Below the pieces are notes generated by a model. That model was not told the origin of the DNA, did no database searches, and saw only the letters and a list, made by a program, of their open reading frames with translations. Made by a program: the position numbers and the translations under genes. From Bacteroidales bacterium (GTDB lineage: Bacteria; Bacteroidota; Bacteroidia; Bacteroidales; FEN-979), in the NCBI GenBank assembly GCA_049317265.1, contig JBMOIP010000007.1, positions 69,194-133,193 of the forward strand: a stretch of DNA of 64,000 nt, in the 5' to 3' direction. This document shows, in pieces, positions 38,797-47,214 of this stretch; within the stretch, counting starts at the first letter, position 1; each line of letters opens with the position of its first letter.

Positions 38797-39891
38797 TTAT
38801 AAATAATGAACAGGATTGGTATTTACTTCTGAAATAAGGAATGCAAAATTAGGAAATTTTTCTGTAAGCGCAGCATAAAGCCATTCTTTTACCCCTTGCT
38901 CACTTTCATAATGGCCAATATCAGCGAGAAGGATCTTGTTCTCCATATCAAAGAAATCGTGGTATTTCAAATCTGCGGTAAGGAAAATATCGGCTTTTGC
39001 GCTGATTGCTTCCCTGATCAGAAAACTTCCTGAACCTGTGCACAATGCAACCCTCTTCAATGGTTTGAGCAGGAATGGGGTGTGTCTTACCACGGGAATA
39101 TCCAGGTTTTTTTTGACCAGACGAAGGAACGCGGCTTCGTCAGACGTTTCGTCCAGTTCCCCTATGAGCCCCGCACCTGCATCCTTCAGTTCATTATTGA
39201 GTGGAATCAGGTCATAGGCAACCTCTTCATAGGGATGTGCCGCCAGCATAGCCTTTAATATCCCGGATTCAAGATATTGTGGAAAAATAACTTCAATTTT
39301 AGTTTCTGGTTCAACATGGAGGGTGTTTTTTTCTCCAACAAATGGTGAAGCCAGGTCGGAAGCCCGGAAGGTGCCGTCGCCCAATGAATTATAACTGCAA
39401 CAATCATAATTGCCGATCTGACCGGCCCCGGCCTCAAACATGGCTTTTCTCACTTCTTCTGCCTGGCCAACCGGGCAAAACACAACCAGTTTAACCAGTA
39501 ACCCGCGTTTGGGACTCAGGATGCGATACCTGGTGATTCCCAGCTGGTTAAGGACCCAGGCATTCAACCCGTGAGGCGTGTTGTCAAGGTTTGTATGAAT
39601 GGCATAAATTGCAACATCGTTCCGGATTGCTTCAGTAAGGATGGTGGTTTCCGGCAGTCCCCTGGTGAGTTTTTTCAACCCCTTGAAAATAAAAGGATGG
39701 TGTGAAATGATCAGGTTGCATTGCCTTAGTATAGCCTCGTTCATCACTTCAGGGGTCAGATCAAGGCACAACAATGCTTTTGTGATATCGGCTTCAGGGT
39801 TCCCGAGCAGCAGTCCGCAATTATCATAATCCTCTTGGAGAGGCAGCGGAGAGATGGATTCAAGGTATTGAGTAACTGCGGCAATTTTCAT
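38797..39891 (-). CDS. Nif3-like dinuclear metal centre protein (YbgI/YqfO family)
   Basis: YDNCGLLLG, LIISHHPFIFKGLKKL, YAIHTNLDN and the C-terminal FLTADLKYHDFFD...GHYESE match the family. A PII-like insert is present, as in YqfO. Confidence 0.88.
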   Translation of the reverse strand: MKIAAVTQYLESISPLPLQEDYDNCGLLLGNPEADITKALLCLDLTPEVMNEAILRQCNLIISHHPFIFKGLKKLTRGLPETTILTEAIRNDVAIYAIHTNLDNTPHGLNAWVLNQLGITRYRILSPKRGLLVKLVVFCPVGQAEEVRKAMFEAGAGQIGNYDCCSYNSLGDGTFRASDLASPFVGEKNTLHVEPETKIEVIFPQYLESGILKAMLAAHPYEEVAYDLIPLNNELKDAGAGLIGELDETSDEAAFLRLVKKNLDIPVVRHTPFLLKPLKRVALCTGSGSFLIREAISAKADIFLTADLKYHDFFDMENKILLADIGHYESEQGVKEWLYAALTEKFPNFAFLISEVNTNPVHYL

Positions 39892-39911
39892 TTCGGTACC
39901 ATTTCAAAATT

Positions 39912-39919
39912 CAAAGGTA
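39912..39919 (-). promoter_or_regulatory. -7 promoter box (TACCTTTG on minus strand) for the nif3 operon
   Basis: The reverse complement of CAAAGGTA, 20 nt upstream of ATG 39891. Confidence 0.5.
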
Positions 39920-40087
39920 CACATTTTCACCAATAATATTGACCATCAGTGACAACAGTTTCAAACCTCACGAAATCGTGCTGATGGCGCAGGGTGTTCA
40001 TAACATTGTTAAAAAGTAAACCATACAAATTGAATTGGGAGGGTAAAAATTCCAAATTTTGACAATTAATCTGAACCTGACGGGAAT

Positions 40088-40492
40088 ATGAAAAAATCAG
40101 TGATTTTTGTTGTGGATAAAAATCCGGCACACAGGAACCTTATTAAATTCAACTTTGAGAGAAACCGGTTTACGAATGTCCATGCGTTTCCCACTGCAGA
40201 AGAGTGCCTTTACCGCATGCAGAAAAAGGTGATTCCCGATTTTGTGGTTACCGGTTTTTTCATAGAGTGTCATTCGCGCTTTGATTTTTTACACCAGATT
40301 CTCGCCATTTCCCCATCCTGCGGGGTTGTGTTTTTTGACAACTTTGAGGATCGGGAATTTGCCAACAGGCTTATAGAAGCGGGAGCAAGAGACTATGTAG
40401 TCAAAACCAAGGATCCCGATGCCGGAATTTCTGAACTTCTAAAAAATGTAACGTACCTTGCCAGAGAAAAGCGCATGATGGGCGTGCAATAA
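40088..40492 (+). CDS. Stand-alone receiver-domain protein lacking the canonical phospho-acceptor Asp (pseudo-receiver)
   Basis: The CheY-like pattern VIFVVDKN...PDFVVTGFF...VVFFDNFED...DYVVKTKD is present. When I align it by eye to CheY, the D57 position falls on TG and the T87 position on D, while K109 is kept. Confidence 0.65.
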   Translation: MKKSVIFVVDKNPAHRNLIKFNFERNRFTNVHAFPTAEECLYRMQKKVIPDFVVTGFFIECHSRFDFLHQILAISPSCGVVFFDNFEDREFANRLIEAGARDYVVKTKDPDAGISELLKNVTYLAREKRMMGVQ

Positions 40493-40518
40493 TTTTCCTT
40501 AATTTAGGAGGTTCAATT

Positions 40519-41586
40519 ATGACACGTATCCTGCAGGTTATATTGTTCCCTTTTTCGTTATGTTATGGCTTGGTCATGCATGCCAGGAATCTATTGTTTG
40601 ACCTGCATATCCTGCCCTCCCGGACATATGACAGGCCAGTGATTTCCGTTGGCAACCTAACCGTTGGGGGTACCGGAAAGACCCCCCATATCGAATACCT
40701 CATCAGGCTGTTATCTTCAAGTTTCCAGATTGCCACCCTCAGCCGGGGCTATGGCAGGAAGAGCAGCGGTTTCATTGTAGCATCAGAGCAATCCGGAGTG
40801 ACAGACATCGGGGACGAACCACTTCAATTTTATAAAAAATTCGCATCTGTTAAGGTTGCCGTTGATGAAAAACGACGACGGGGGATCAATCTCCTGCTTG
40901 AGCATTTTCCCAGCCTGGGTGTAATCCTCCTCGATGACGCTTTTCAGCACCGCTATGTGAAGCCAGGATTATCGATCCTGCTGACCGATTACCACCTTCC
41001 CTACTCCGACGACCTGGTTCTGCCATCGGGAACACTGCGCGAGTTTCGCACCGGTGCATCCCGGGCCGACATCATTATTGTAACAAAGACGCCAAAGATT
41101 TTTTCGCCTATCACACGACGGCGGATTATTGAAGATTTAAAGCCATCAGCCCATCAAAGGATATTTTTCTCATACATCACCTATTCAGAACCGATTTTGG
41201 TTTTCAGTAACCAGGAGCTGACTTTCCCATCAAGGGCGACCAATATTCTGCTGTTCACCGGTATTGCAAACGATTATCCATTGCGGGAGCATTTGGAACG
41301 AATGTGCAGCGAGCTGGTTGTGATGAAATTTGCTGACCATCATGCATATACTGTCAGGGATATTGAGGAAATTTCGAAAAAGTTCCAGGATCTGCCCACC
41401 CAGAAAAAAGTAATCGTCACTACGGAAAAGGACATGATGCGGTTGAAAACTCCGGAACTTAGCTCTTATTTGAAAAATTTACCGTTATTTTGCGTTCCCA
41501 TGGCAATTGACTTTCATGGGACCGACAGAGAAAATTTTGATAACGAGATTGAGCGATATGTTAAAAAAAATCAAAGAGACGATTGA
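40519..41586 (+). CDS. lpxK: Tetraacyldisaccharide 4'-kinase
   Basis: It has the P-loop VISVGNLTVGGTGKTPHIEYL, plus LSRGYGRKS and LLDDAFQHR. Confidence 0.92.
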   Translation: MTRILQVILFPFSLCYGLVMHARNLLFDLHILPSRTYDRPVISVGNLTVGGTGKTPHIEYLIRLLSSSFQIATLSRGYGRKSSGFIVASEQSGVTDIGDEPLQFYKKFASVKVAVDEKRRRGINLLLEHFPSLGVILLDDAFQHRYVKPGLSILLTDYHLPYSDDLVLPSGTLREFRTGASRADIIIVTKTPKIFSPITRRRIIEDLKPSAHQRIFFSYITYSEPILVFSNQELTFPSRATNILLFTGIANDYPLREHLERMCSELVVMKFADHHAYTVRDIEEISKKFQDLPTQKKVIVTTEKDMMRLKTPELSSYLKNLPLFCVPMAIDFHGTDRENFDNEIERYVKKNQRDD

Positions 41587-42367
41587 TTACCTGGAAAGCA
41601 AAATTTCCATCAAACCTGAAGTTGGCATCATCCTTGGCACCGGCCTCGGCGGTCTTGTCAATGAAATTTCCATTCAGCATACCCTGCCTTATGAAGATAT
41701 TCCTAACTTTCCAGTTTCAACCGTTGCCGGGCATCATGGCCAGCTGATCTTTGGCACCATGGGCGGAAAGAACATTGTGGCCATGCAGGGAAGGTTTCAC
41801 TACTATGAAGGATATACGATGCAGGAGATCTCCTTTCCGGTGGTTGTCATGAAGTTCCTTGGCATCGAACTGCTTGTGCTTTCAAATGCCAGTGGTGGGG
41901 TGAATCCCGACTTTGAAGTTGGCGACATCATGGTGATCAGCGACCATATCAACCTGATGAAGGACAACCCGCTGATTGGTAAAAATGATGATGCAGTTGG
42001 CACACGGTTTCCTGATATGGGCAATGCGTATGATGCTGCACTTGTTGCCAAGGCATTTGAAATTGCGGCGAAACACGGAATAAAATTGCAAAAGGGTGTC
42101 TATGCAGCCGTTTCAGGTCCTACCTATGAAACACCGGCAGAGTATCATTACATCAGGGTTATAGGGGCTGATGCCGTGGGAATGTCTACTGTTCCGGAAG
42201 TAATAGCAGCCAGGCATATGGGATTAAAGTGCTTTGCCGTTTCGATTATTTCCGATCTTGGTGTTCCGGGTAAGATTGTTGAAATTACCCACAAACATGT
42301 AATTGATGCTGCCAGCGCTGTAGAACCACTTATGACCAGGATCATCAGGGAGATGATTGCGGGATAA
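41558..42367 (+). CDS. Purine nucleoside phosphorylase (trimeric PNP/PunA type)
   Basis: GIILGTGLGGL, AGHHGQLIFGTMGGKNIVAMQGRFHYYEGY, GPTYETPAE and GADAVGMSTVPEV match this family. ATG 41558 overlaps the end of lpxK by 29 nt. Confidence 0.92.
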   Translation: MLKKIKETIDYLESKISIKPEVGIILGTGLGGLVNEISIQHTLPYEDIPNFPVSTVAGHHGQLIFGTMGGKNIVAMQGRFHYYEGYTMQEISFPVVVMKFLGIELLVLSNASGGVNPDFEVGDIMVISDHINLMKDNPLIGKNDDAVGTRFPDMGNAYDAALVAKAFEIAAKHGIKLQKGVYAAVSGPTYETPAEYHYIRVIGADAVGMSTVPEVIAARHMGLKCFAVSIISDLGVPGKIVEITHKHVIDAASAVEPLMTRIIREMIAG

Positions 42368-42386
42368 CTGCATCTATTTCCCGCCT

Positions 42387-42875
42387 TCAGTTTATAGTGA
42401 CATCGAGCACCTTGATTTTCCAGCCCTTGCCGGTATTACATCGTTTCTGGCTCAGCGAGATGGATATAATACCAGCGCCCAGCATTGACCCGGAGATGAT
42501 GAACATGTCGGGTGTGAACACCTGTTCATTGTTAATGAGGTGATTGAAAGTGACAATGGCAAAAATGGCTACACCCCCGATGCCAACAATCCTGCCAAAC
42601 TTTTTAGGGAAGGAGAATTGCTTGTAAACGGAACCTATTTCCCCCAACCTGACATCAAAAGGACGAAGTTCTGAAACTGATATACTACTGTCGCGGATCG
42701 CCCACAACTTGCCTTTCAACAAAGTATCCTGTTTTGAAACCCTGAGTTTTATATAGTCGCCGGTGTGATAGAAATACCTTCGTGGCGAACCGATTTTCTC
42801 AACCAGCAAGGTCTTTTGTGCACAGACAAAGCCTGACACAAAACAAAACACCAGCAACAGGAGGATTTTCTTCAT
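42387..42875 (-). CDS. Hypothetical membrane protein (signal peptide, small beta-rich domain, two C-terminal TM helices)
   Basis: I recognise only the signal peptide MKKILLLLVFCFVSGFVCA and the hydrophobic segments IVGIGGVAIFAIV and FIISGSMLGAGIISI. I recognise no family. Confidence 0.45.
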   Translation of the reverse strand: MKKILLLLVFCFVSGFVCAQKTLLVEKIGSPRRYFYHTGDYIKLRVSKQDTLLKGKLWAIRDSSISVSELRPFDVRLGEIGSVYKQFSFPKKFGRIVGIGGVAIFAIVTFNHLINNEQVFTPDMFIISGSMLGAGIISISLSQKRCNTGKGWKIKVLDVTIN

Positions 42876-42919
42876 TTCTTGAACGGATATGTAAAGATAA
42901 AAAAAAAACAGTAATTGAT

Positions 42920-42927
42920 TACCTTTG
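42920..42927 (+). promoter_or_regulatory. -7 promoter box (TACCTTTG) for the LpxR-like gene
   Basis: It lies 8 nt upstream of ATG 42936 and inside the longer track ORF. Confidence 0.5.
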
Positions 42928-42935
42928 CAACCAAC

Positions 42936-44237
42936 ATGAAAAAAGGGCTGATCTTCTTTTTTTTTCTTTTATTGTTCACTCAGTGTGAAAAGGTTGTAGA
43001 TTCTCCTAAAACCATCAAGGGAGATTCCCGACCCAGATACAATTTGGAAGTTCCCCATGCCGGCCTGGGGAAGGCCTCATCTGCTACGGTACAATCAGAT
43101 ATTTTGAACGAGCCCCTCCGAAGTAAAAAAAAAAGGAGTACACGAAAGAACAGCCCGGTAATTGACACATCAGACAGTTCAGGCAGACCGGAGATCAGAA
43201 GGTCTGATTCCATTTTCCTTATCCGCCTGAAGTATTTGCGTTCACAGGGAATCGAGCCTGACCTAAATGAAAGGGTAAGCAACGAGTATCTTTTTTCACC
43301 GGCTGATTATGGTAAAACCCGGTCCATCATTACCCTCAGCCGAGAATCCTTTCTGAAAATCGGGTTTGACAATGACATCCTTGATTACACCGACCGTTTT
43401 TACACCAACGGGATCAAGATTGCACTCATTACCCCCGGACTGAATAAAAATCCAGTGAGCCGGATATTGCTGCCATATCATCGTTCAGGGATGAACTATT
43501 ATGGCATATCACTGGTTCAGAACATGTTCACCCCATCGACCACCAAAACCGGCGGGATTTTATATGGCGACAGACCTTACGCAGCCTATCTTTATATCGG
43601 GAGTTTTAAAATCACGAATGATTCTGTCCATAAATTCAGGCAAACCAGTGAGCTGGATGCAGGAATTATCGGACCAAATTCATACGGTGAATGGGTACAG
43701 CGCTCATTTCACAATGCCGTTCCAACCAACAATGAACCGCTGGGCTGGGAGTTCCAGATACAGAACGACCTGGTTCTGAACTATTCAGCAGGGATTGAAC
43801 AAGGTATCTTAAGCAGTCGAAATGTTGAAATCATTGTCTCGGCAAACGGCTCCCTTGGGACGCTCCAGACCAACCTGTCGGGTGGTGGAATGATAAGAGC
43901 AGGTTTATTAAACCCCTATTTTGCGAACCTTGGCCTTGCTAAAAAAGCCCTGCTACAAAAAGCAGGATTAAGAAATATACAATTTTACATCTTCCTGAAA
44001 GGTTCCGGAGAGCTGGTTGGTTATGATGCCACCCTGCAGGGCGGTCTGTTTAACAAATCCAGCTCCTACACACTCTCCTCCGGACAGATATCCAGGGCGG
44101 TTTTCCATGGAAGCGGGGGGTTGACCTTTACATACAACGGCATCAGCCTGGATGTTGAACAATTCATGCTGAGTCCTGAGTTTCACGATGGCTGGTGGCA
44201 TAAATGGGTGCATATTGCATTGACGTTCTGCTTGTAA
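42936..44237 (+). CDS. LpxR-family lipid A deacylase-like outer membrane protein with a basic N-terminal extension
   Basis: GFDNDILDYTDRFYTNGIKIA and LVQNMFTPSTT resemble the LpxR (DUF2219) N-terminal motifs. A lipoprotein-like signal (FFLLLFTQC) is present. Confidence 0.6.
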   Translation: MKKGLIFFFFLLLFTQCEKVVDSPKTIKGDSRPRYNLEVPHAGLGKASSATVQSDILNEPLRSKKKRSTRKNSPVIDTSDSSGRPEIRRSDSIFLIRLKYLRSQGIEPDLNERVSNEYLFSPADYGKTRSIITLSRESFLKIGFDNDILDYTDRFYTNGIKIALITPGLNKNPVSRILLPYHRSGMNYYGISLVQNMFTPSTTKTGGILYGDRPYAAYLYIGSFKITNDSVHKFRQTSELDAGIIGPNSYGEWVQRSFHNAVPTNNEPLGWEFQIQNDLVLNYSAGIEQGILSSRNVEIIVSANGSLGTLQTNLSGGGMIRAGLLNPYFANLGLAKKALLQKAGLRNIQFYIFLKGSGELVGYDATLQGGLFNKSSSYTLSSGQISRAVFHGSGGLTFTYNGISLDVEQFMLSPEFHDGWWHKWVHIALTFCL

Positions 44238-44243
44238 TAATAC

Positions 44244-44335
44244 TGCCACCAAGGCAGAAAGGCACTAGGATGCACAAAGTGGAAATTTCAATTTACCTAT
44301 ATTCAACAATTTCGTGCCTTGGTGCCTTCGTGGCA
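44244..44335. repeat. Palindromic intergenic element C (same family as element B)
   Basis: The arms are TGCCACCAAGGCAGAAAGGCACTAGG... and ...TTTCGTGCCTTGGTGCCTTCGTGGCA (reverse complement TGCCACGAAGGCACCAAGGCACGAAA). AAAAAA follows, as in element B. Confidence 0.85.
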
Positions 44336-44426
44336 AAAAACCTTCACCCGACCTGGCAGGCAACGAAAATGGTGAATGTTGAAAACTAAAAACGCCCGGG
44401 GTAGAAAAACCAAACCGGATTAGCGT

Positions 44427-44434
44427 TATTTTTG
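44427..44434 (+). promoter_or_regulatory. -7 promoter box (TATTTTTG) for dnaB
   Basis: It ends only 4 nt before ATG 44439. Confidence 0.4.
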
Positions 44435-44438
44435 CCCC

Positions 44439-45950
44439 ATGGAGGATAAAAATTTCAAGAAGCGTACCCGAAGCAAGACCGGTTTGAACGAGGTGGTTTT
44501 TGAGCATGGGAAGATTCCCCCGCAAGCCCTGGACCTTGAAGAGGCAGTGCTTGGGGCAATGATGCTTGAAAGCAACCGGCTTGCAGAAGTCATCGAAGTT
44601 CTTAAACCGGAAGCATTCTATAAGGAGAGCCACCAGATTATCTTTTCAGCTATCATGCGCCTTTTTGGCCAGAACGAACCGGTTGACATCCTTACGGTTA
44701 CGGAAGAGTTGAGAAAAACAGGAGAACTTGAAGTGGCAGGAGGACCCTACTTTATCACGATGCTGACCAACCGCATTGCATCTACTGCCAACATTGAATT
44801 CCATTCCCGGATTATCCTTCAGAAATTTATCCAGCGGGAGCTGATCAGGGTCTCTTCAGAAATTATCAAAGATGCTTACGAAGACACCACCGATGTTTTC
44901 GATCTCCTCGACCGTGCTGAGAACGGCCTCTTTTCCATCAGTGAAGGCAGCATTGGCAAGTCGTACATGAACATGCAATCCATCATTGCAGAAGCAATCA
45001 AGGAGATCAGTGCAGGAAGAAACCAGGAGGGAAAGCTACGGGGCGTCGGATCAGGATTTACCGAACTTGACAGGATCACATCCGGCTGGCAAAAATCTGA
45101 CCTGATCATTATTGCCTCCCGCCCCGGGATGGGTAAGACCGCTTTTGCGCTTACCATGGCACGTAACGCTGCCGTTGATTTCAAGAAACCCATTGCAGTG
45201 TTCTCCCTTGAAATGTCTTCCATTCAGCTGGTTACCAGGTTAATGTCGAGTGAAACTGAAATCCCGCAGGAGAAACTTCGCAAGGGCACCATGGAAGACC
45301 ATGAATGGGCCCAGCTCAATGCCAGGATCACTCCCCTCATTGAAGCGCCTCTTTATATTGATGATACTGCAGCACTCTCCATTTTCGACCTTCGGGCCAA
45401 ATGCCGCAGATTAAAGGCCCATCACGACATTCAGATGATCATCGTTGATTATCTGCAGTTGATGCAGGGAAGCCAGGATACCCGCGGCAACCGTGAACAG
45501 GAGATCAGCAGTATTTCAAGGGCGCTGAAAACCCTGGCCAAAGAGCTGGACGTTCCCGTAATTGCCTTGTCGCAGCTAAGCCGTGCTTCGGAAAAGCGCT
45601 CAGCTGCAGCTAAACCGATACTTTCCGACTTGCGTGAATCGGGCTCCATTGAACAGGATGCCGATATGGTACTGTTTATTTACCGTCCGGAATATTACAA
45701 GATTGATGTTGATGAAAGCGGCGACTCTACTGCCGGAGTAGCAGACATCATTATTGCAAAGAACAGGAATGGCCCTCTTACGGATGTCAGGATACGGTTT
45801 GTTTCGAAATATGCGAAATTCGTGGATGCAGAAATGGACTTTCGGCCCGTCAATACTATCCAACCCAATTCATCGTTTGAGGGTTCAATGAGAACAAGAA
45901 CCGTAATGTCAAAAATGAATGATGATGAGCACCAAGATGCGCCGTTTTAA
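44439..45950 (+). CDS. dnaB: Replicative DNA helicase DnaB
   Basis: PPQALDLEEAVLGAMML, Walker A (IIASRPGMGKTAFAL), IVDYLQLM, ALSQLSR and ESGSIEQDAD match DnaB. Confidence 0.96.
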   Translation: MEDKNFKKRTRSKTGLNEVVFEHGKIPPQALDLEEAVLGAMMLESNRLAEVIEVLKPEAFYKESHQIIFSAIMRLFGQNEPVDILTVTEELRKTGELEVAGGPYFITMLTNRIASTANIEFHSRIILQKFIQRELIRVSSEIIKDAYEDTTDVFDLLDRAENGLFSISEGSIGKSYMNMQSIIAEAIKEISAGRNQEGKLRGVGSGFTELDRITSGWQKSDLIIIASRPGMGKTAFALTMARNAAVDFKKPIAVFSLEMSSIQLVTRLMSSETEIPQEKLRKGTMEDHEWAQLNARITPLIEAPLYIDDTAALSIFDLRAKCRRLKAHHDIQMIIVDYLQLMQGSQDTRGNREQEISSISRALKTLAKELDVPVIALSQLSRASEKRSAAAKPILSDLRESGSIEQDADMVLFIYRPEYYKIDVDESGDSTAGVADIIIAKNRNGPLTDVRIRFVSKYAKFVDAEMDFRPVNTIQPNSSFEGSMRTRTVMSKMNDDEHQDAPF

Positions 45951-47214
45951 TTTTTCCGGATTCCTGATCATCTTCTTTCTCCTTTGCATTTTCAGGCCGG
46001 CACTGGGAGCATATCTGCTGATCCCGATGGATGAATCCCAAAAAAACCATCTGAAAGCCTATGGTATCGCCTACTGGGTCTTAAAAAAAGATGTGGAGGT
46101 AAGCTGGCTTCTGAATTACAGGGGCGGTAGTTTCATGTTCCAGTATGCAAAACCAATTGAGGAGGAGTGCACCATTCGCGGGGTTACCTGCCAGACGATT
46201 GCAGATGCACAGGCAGCTGCCATTCTTGAGGAAATCTCTGATCCTCAGGTAAATATGGAAAACATTAAACTCCATAAGCCCCCCCGTGTGGCCGTTTACT
46301 CGCCTAAAAACAAATTACCCTGGGATGATGCTGTAACGCTTGTACTTACCTATGCGGAGATTCCATATGATGTGTTGTACGACGAAGAGATCATCTCCGG
46401 CTTGCTTCCGATGTACGACTGGCTCCACCTTCACCATGAGGATTTTTCAGGTCAATACGGAAAATTCTGGGCTGCCTATAAAGGGTTTCCATGGTACCAG
46501 GAGGATGTAAACTCCCAGGAGGAGAGTGCGAGGAAACTGGGTTTTTCGAAAGTTTCGCAGATGAAACTGGCGGTGGCAAAAAAAATCAGGGATTTTGTAG
46601 CGGGAGGCGGTTATCTGTTCTCTATGTGTTCGGCCCCTGACAGTTATGATGTAGCTCTTTCAGCGGAAGGCATTGACATCTGCGATGTAATGTTTGACGG
46701 CGACCCGCCTGATCAGGCTGCACAATCCAAACTAAATTTTGGCAATTGCTTTGCCTTTGAAAACTTCAACCTGGTTACCAATCCATACCAGTATGAAATT
46801 TCATCGATTGATGTGACAGAGACCCGGTCAAAAAGCATCACCAGGGATAACGACTTCTTCACCCTGTTTGATTTTTCCGCCAAATGGGATCCGATTCCCA
46901 GCATGTTGTGCCAGGACCATGAATCGCTGATCCATGGGTTCATGGGGCAAACGACCGCATTCAATAAAAAGTGCATTAAATCAAATGTGTTATTGCTTGG
47001 GGAGACCAAGTCGCTGAACGAAGCACGTTACATTCACGGTGATTTTGGCAAGGGAACCTGGACCTTCCTGGGCGGTCATGATCCCGAAGATTACCAGCAC
47101 CTTGTAGGGGATCCGCCAACAGATCTGAACCTGCATCCTAATTCTCCCGGTTACAGGCTGATTCTAAACAACATCCTGTTTCCTGCGGCCAAAAAGCAGA
47201 AGAGAAAAACCTGA
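45919..47214 (+). CDS. Conserved-looking secreted protein of unknown function (possible class-I glutamine-amidotransferase-like fold)
   Basis: The signal peptide is MRRFNFSGFLIIFFLLCIFRPALGA. RVAVYSP...DWLHLHHEDF...GGGYLFSMCSAPDSYD resembles a GATase1/ThuA-type nucleophile elbow, but I only infer the fold. The start could be any of 45919 to 45937. The gene overlaps the 3' end of dnaB. Confidence 0.4.
   Translation: MMMSTKMRRFNFSGFLIIFFLLCIFRPALGAYLLIPMDESQKNHLKAYGIAYWVLKKDVEVSWLLNYRGGSFMFQYAKPIEEECTIRGVTCQTIADAQAAAILEEISDPQVNMENIKLHKPPRVAVYSPKNKLPWDDAVTLVLTYAEIPYDVLYDEEIISGLLPMYDWLHLHHEDFSGQYGKFWAAYKGFPWYQEDVNSQEESARKLGFSKVSQMKLAVAKKIRDFVAGGGYLFSMCSAPDSYDVALSAEGIDICDVMFDGDPPDQAAQSKLNFGNCFAFENFNLVTNPYQYEISSIDVTETRSKSITRDNDFFTLFDFSAKWDPIPSMLCQDHESLIHGFMGQTTAFNKKCIKSNVLLLGETKSLNEARYIHGDFGKGTWTFLGGHDPEDYQHLVGDPPTDLNLHPNSPGYRLILNNILFPAAKKQKRKT

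Noticed and set aside
39892-40087. The 196-nt divergent spacer between nif3 and the receiver gene as a possible sRNA or riboswitch (the GGTACC...GGTAC repeat)
   Set aside because: It contains only a restriction-site-like palindrome and a promoter box, with no extended conserved-looking structure.
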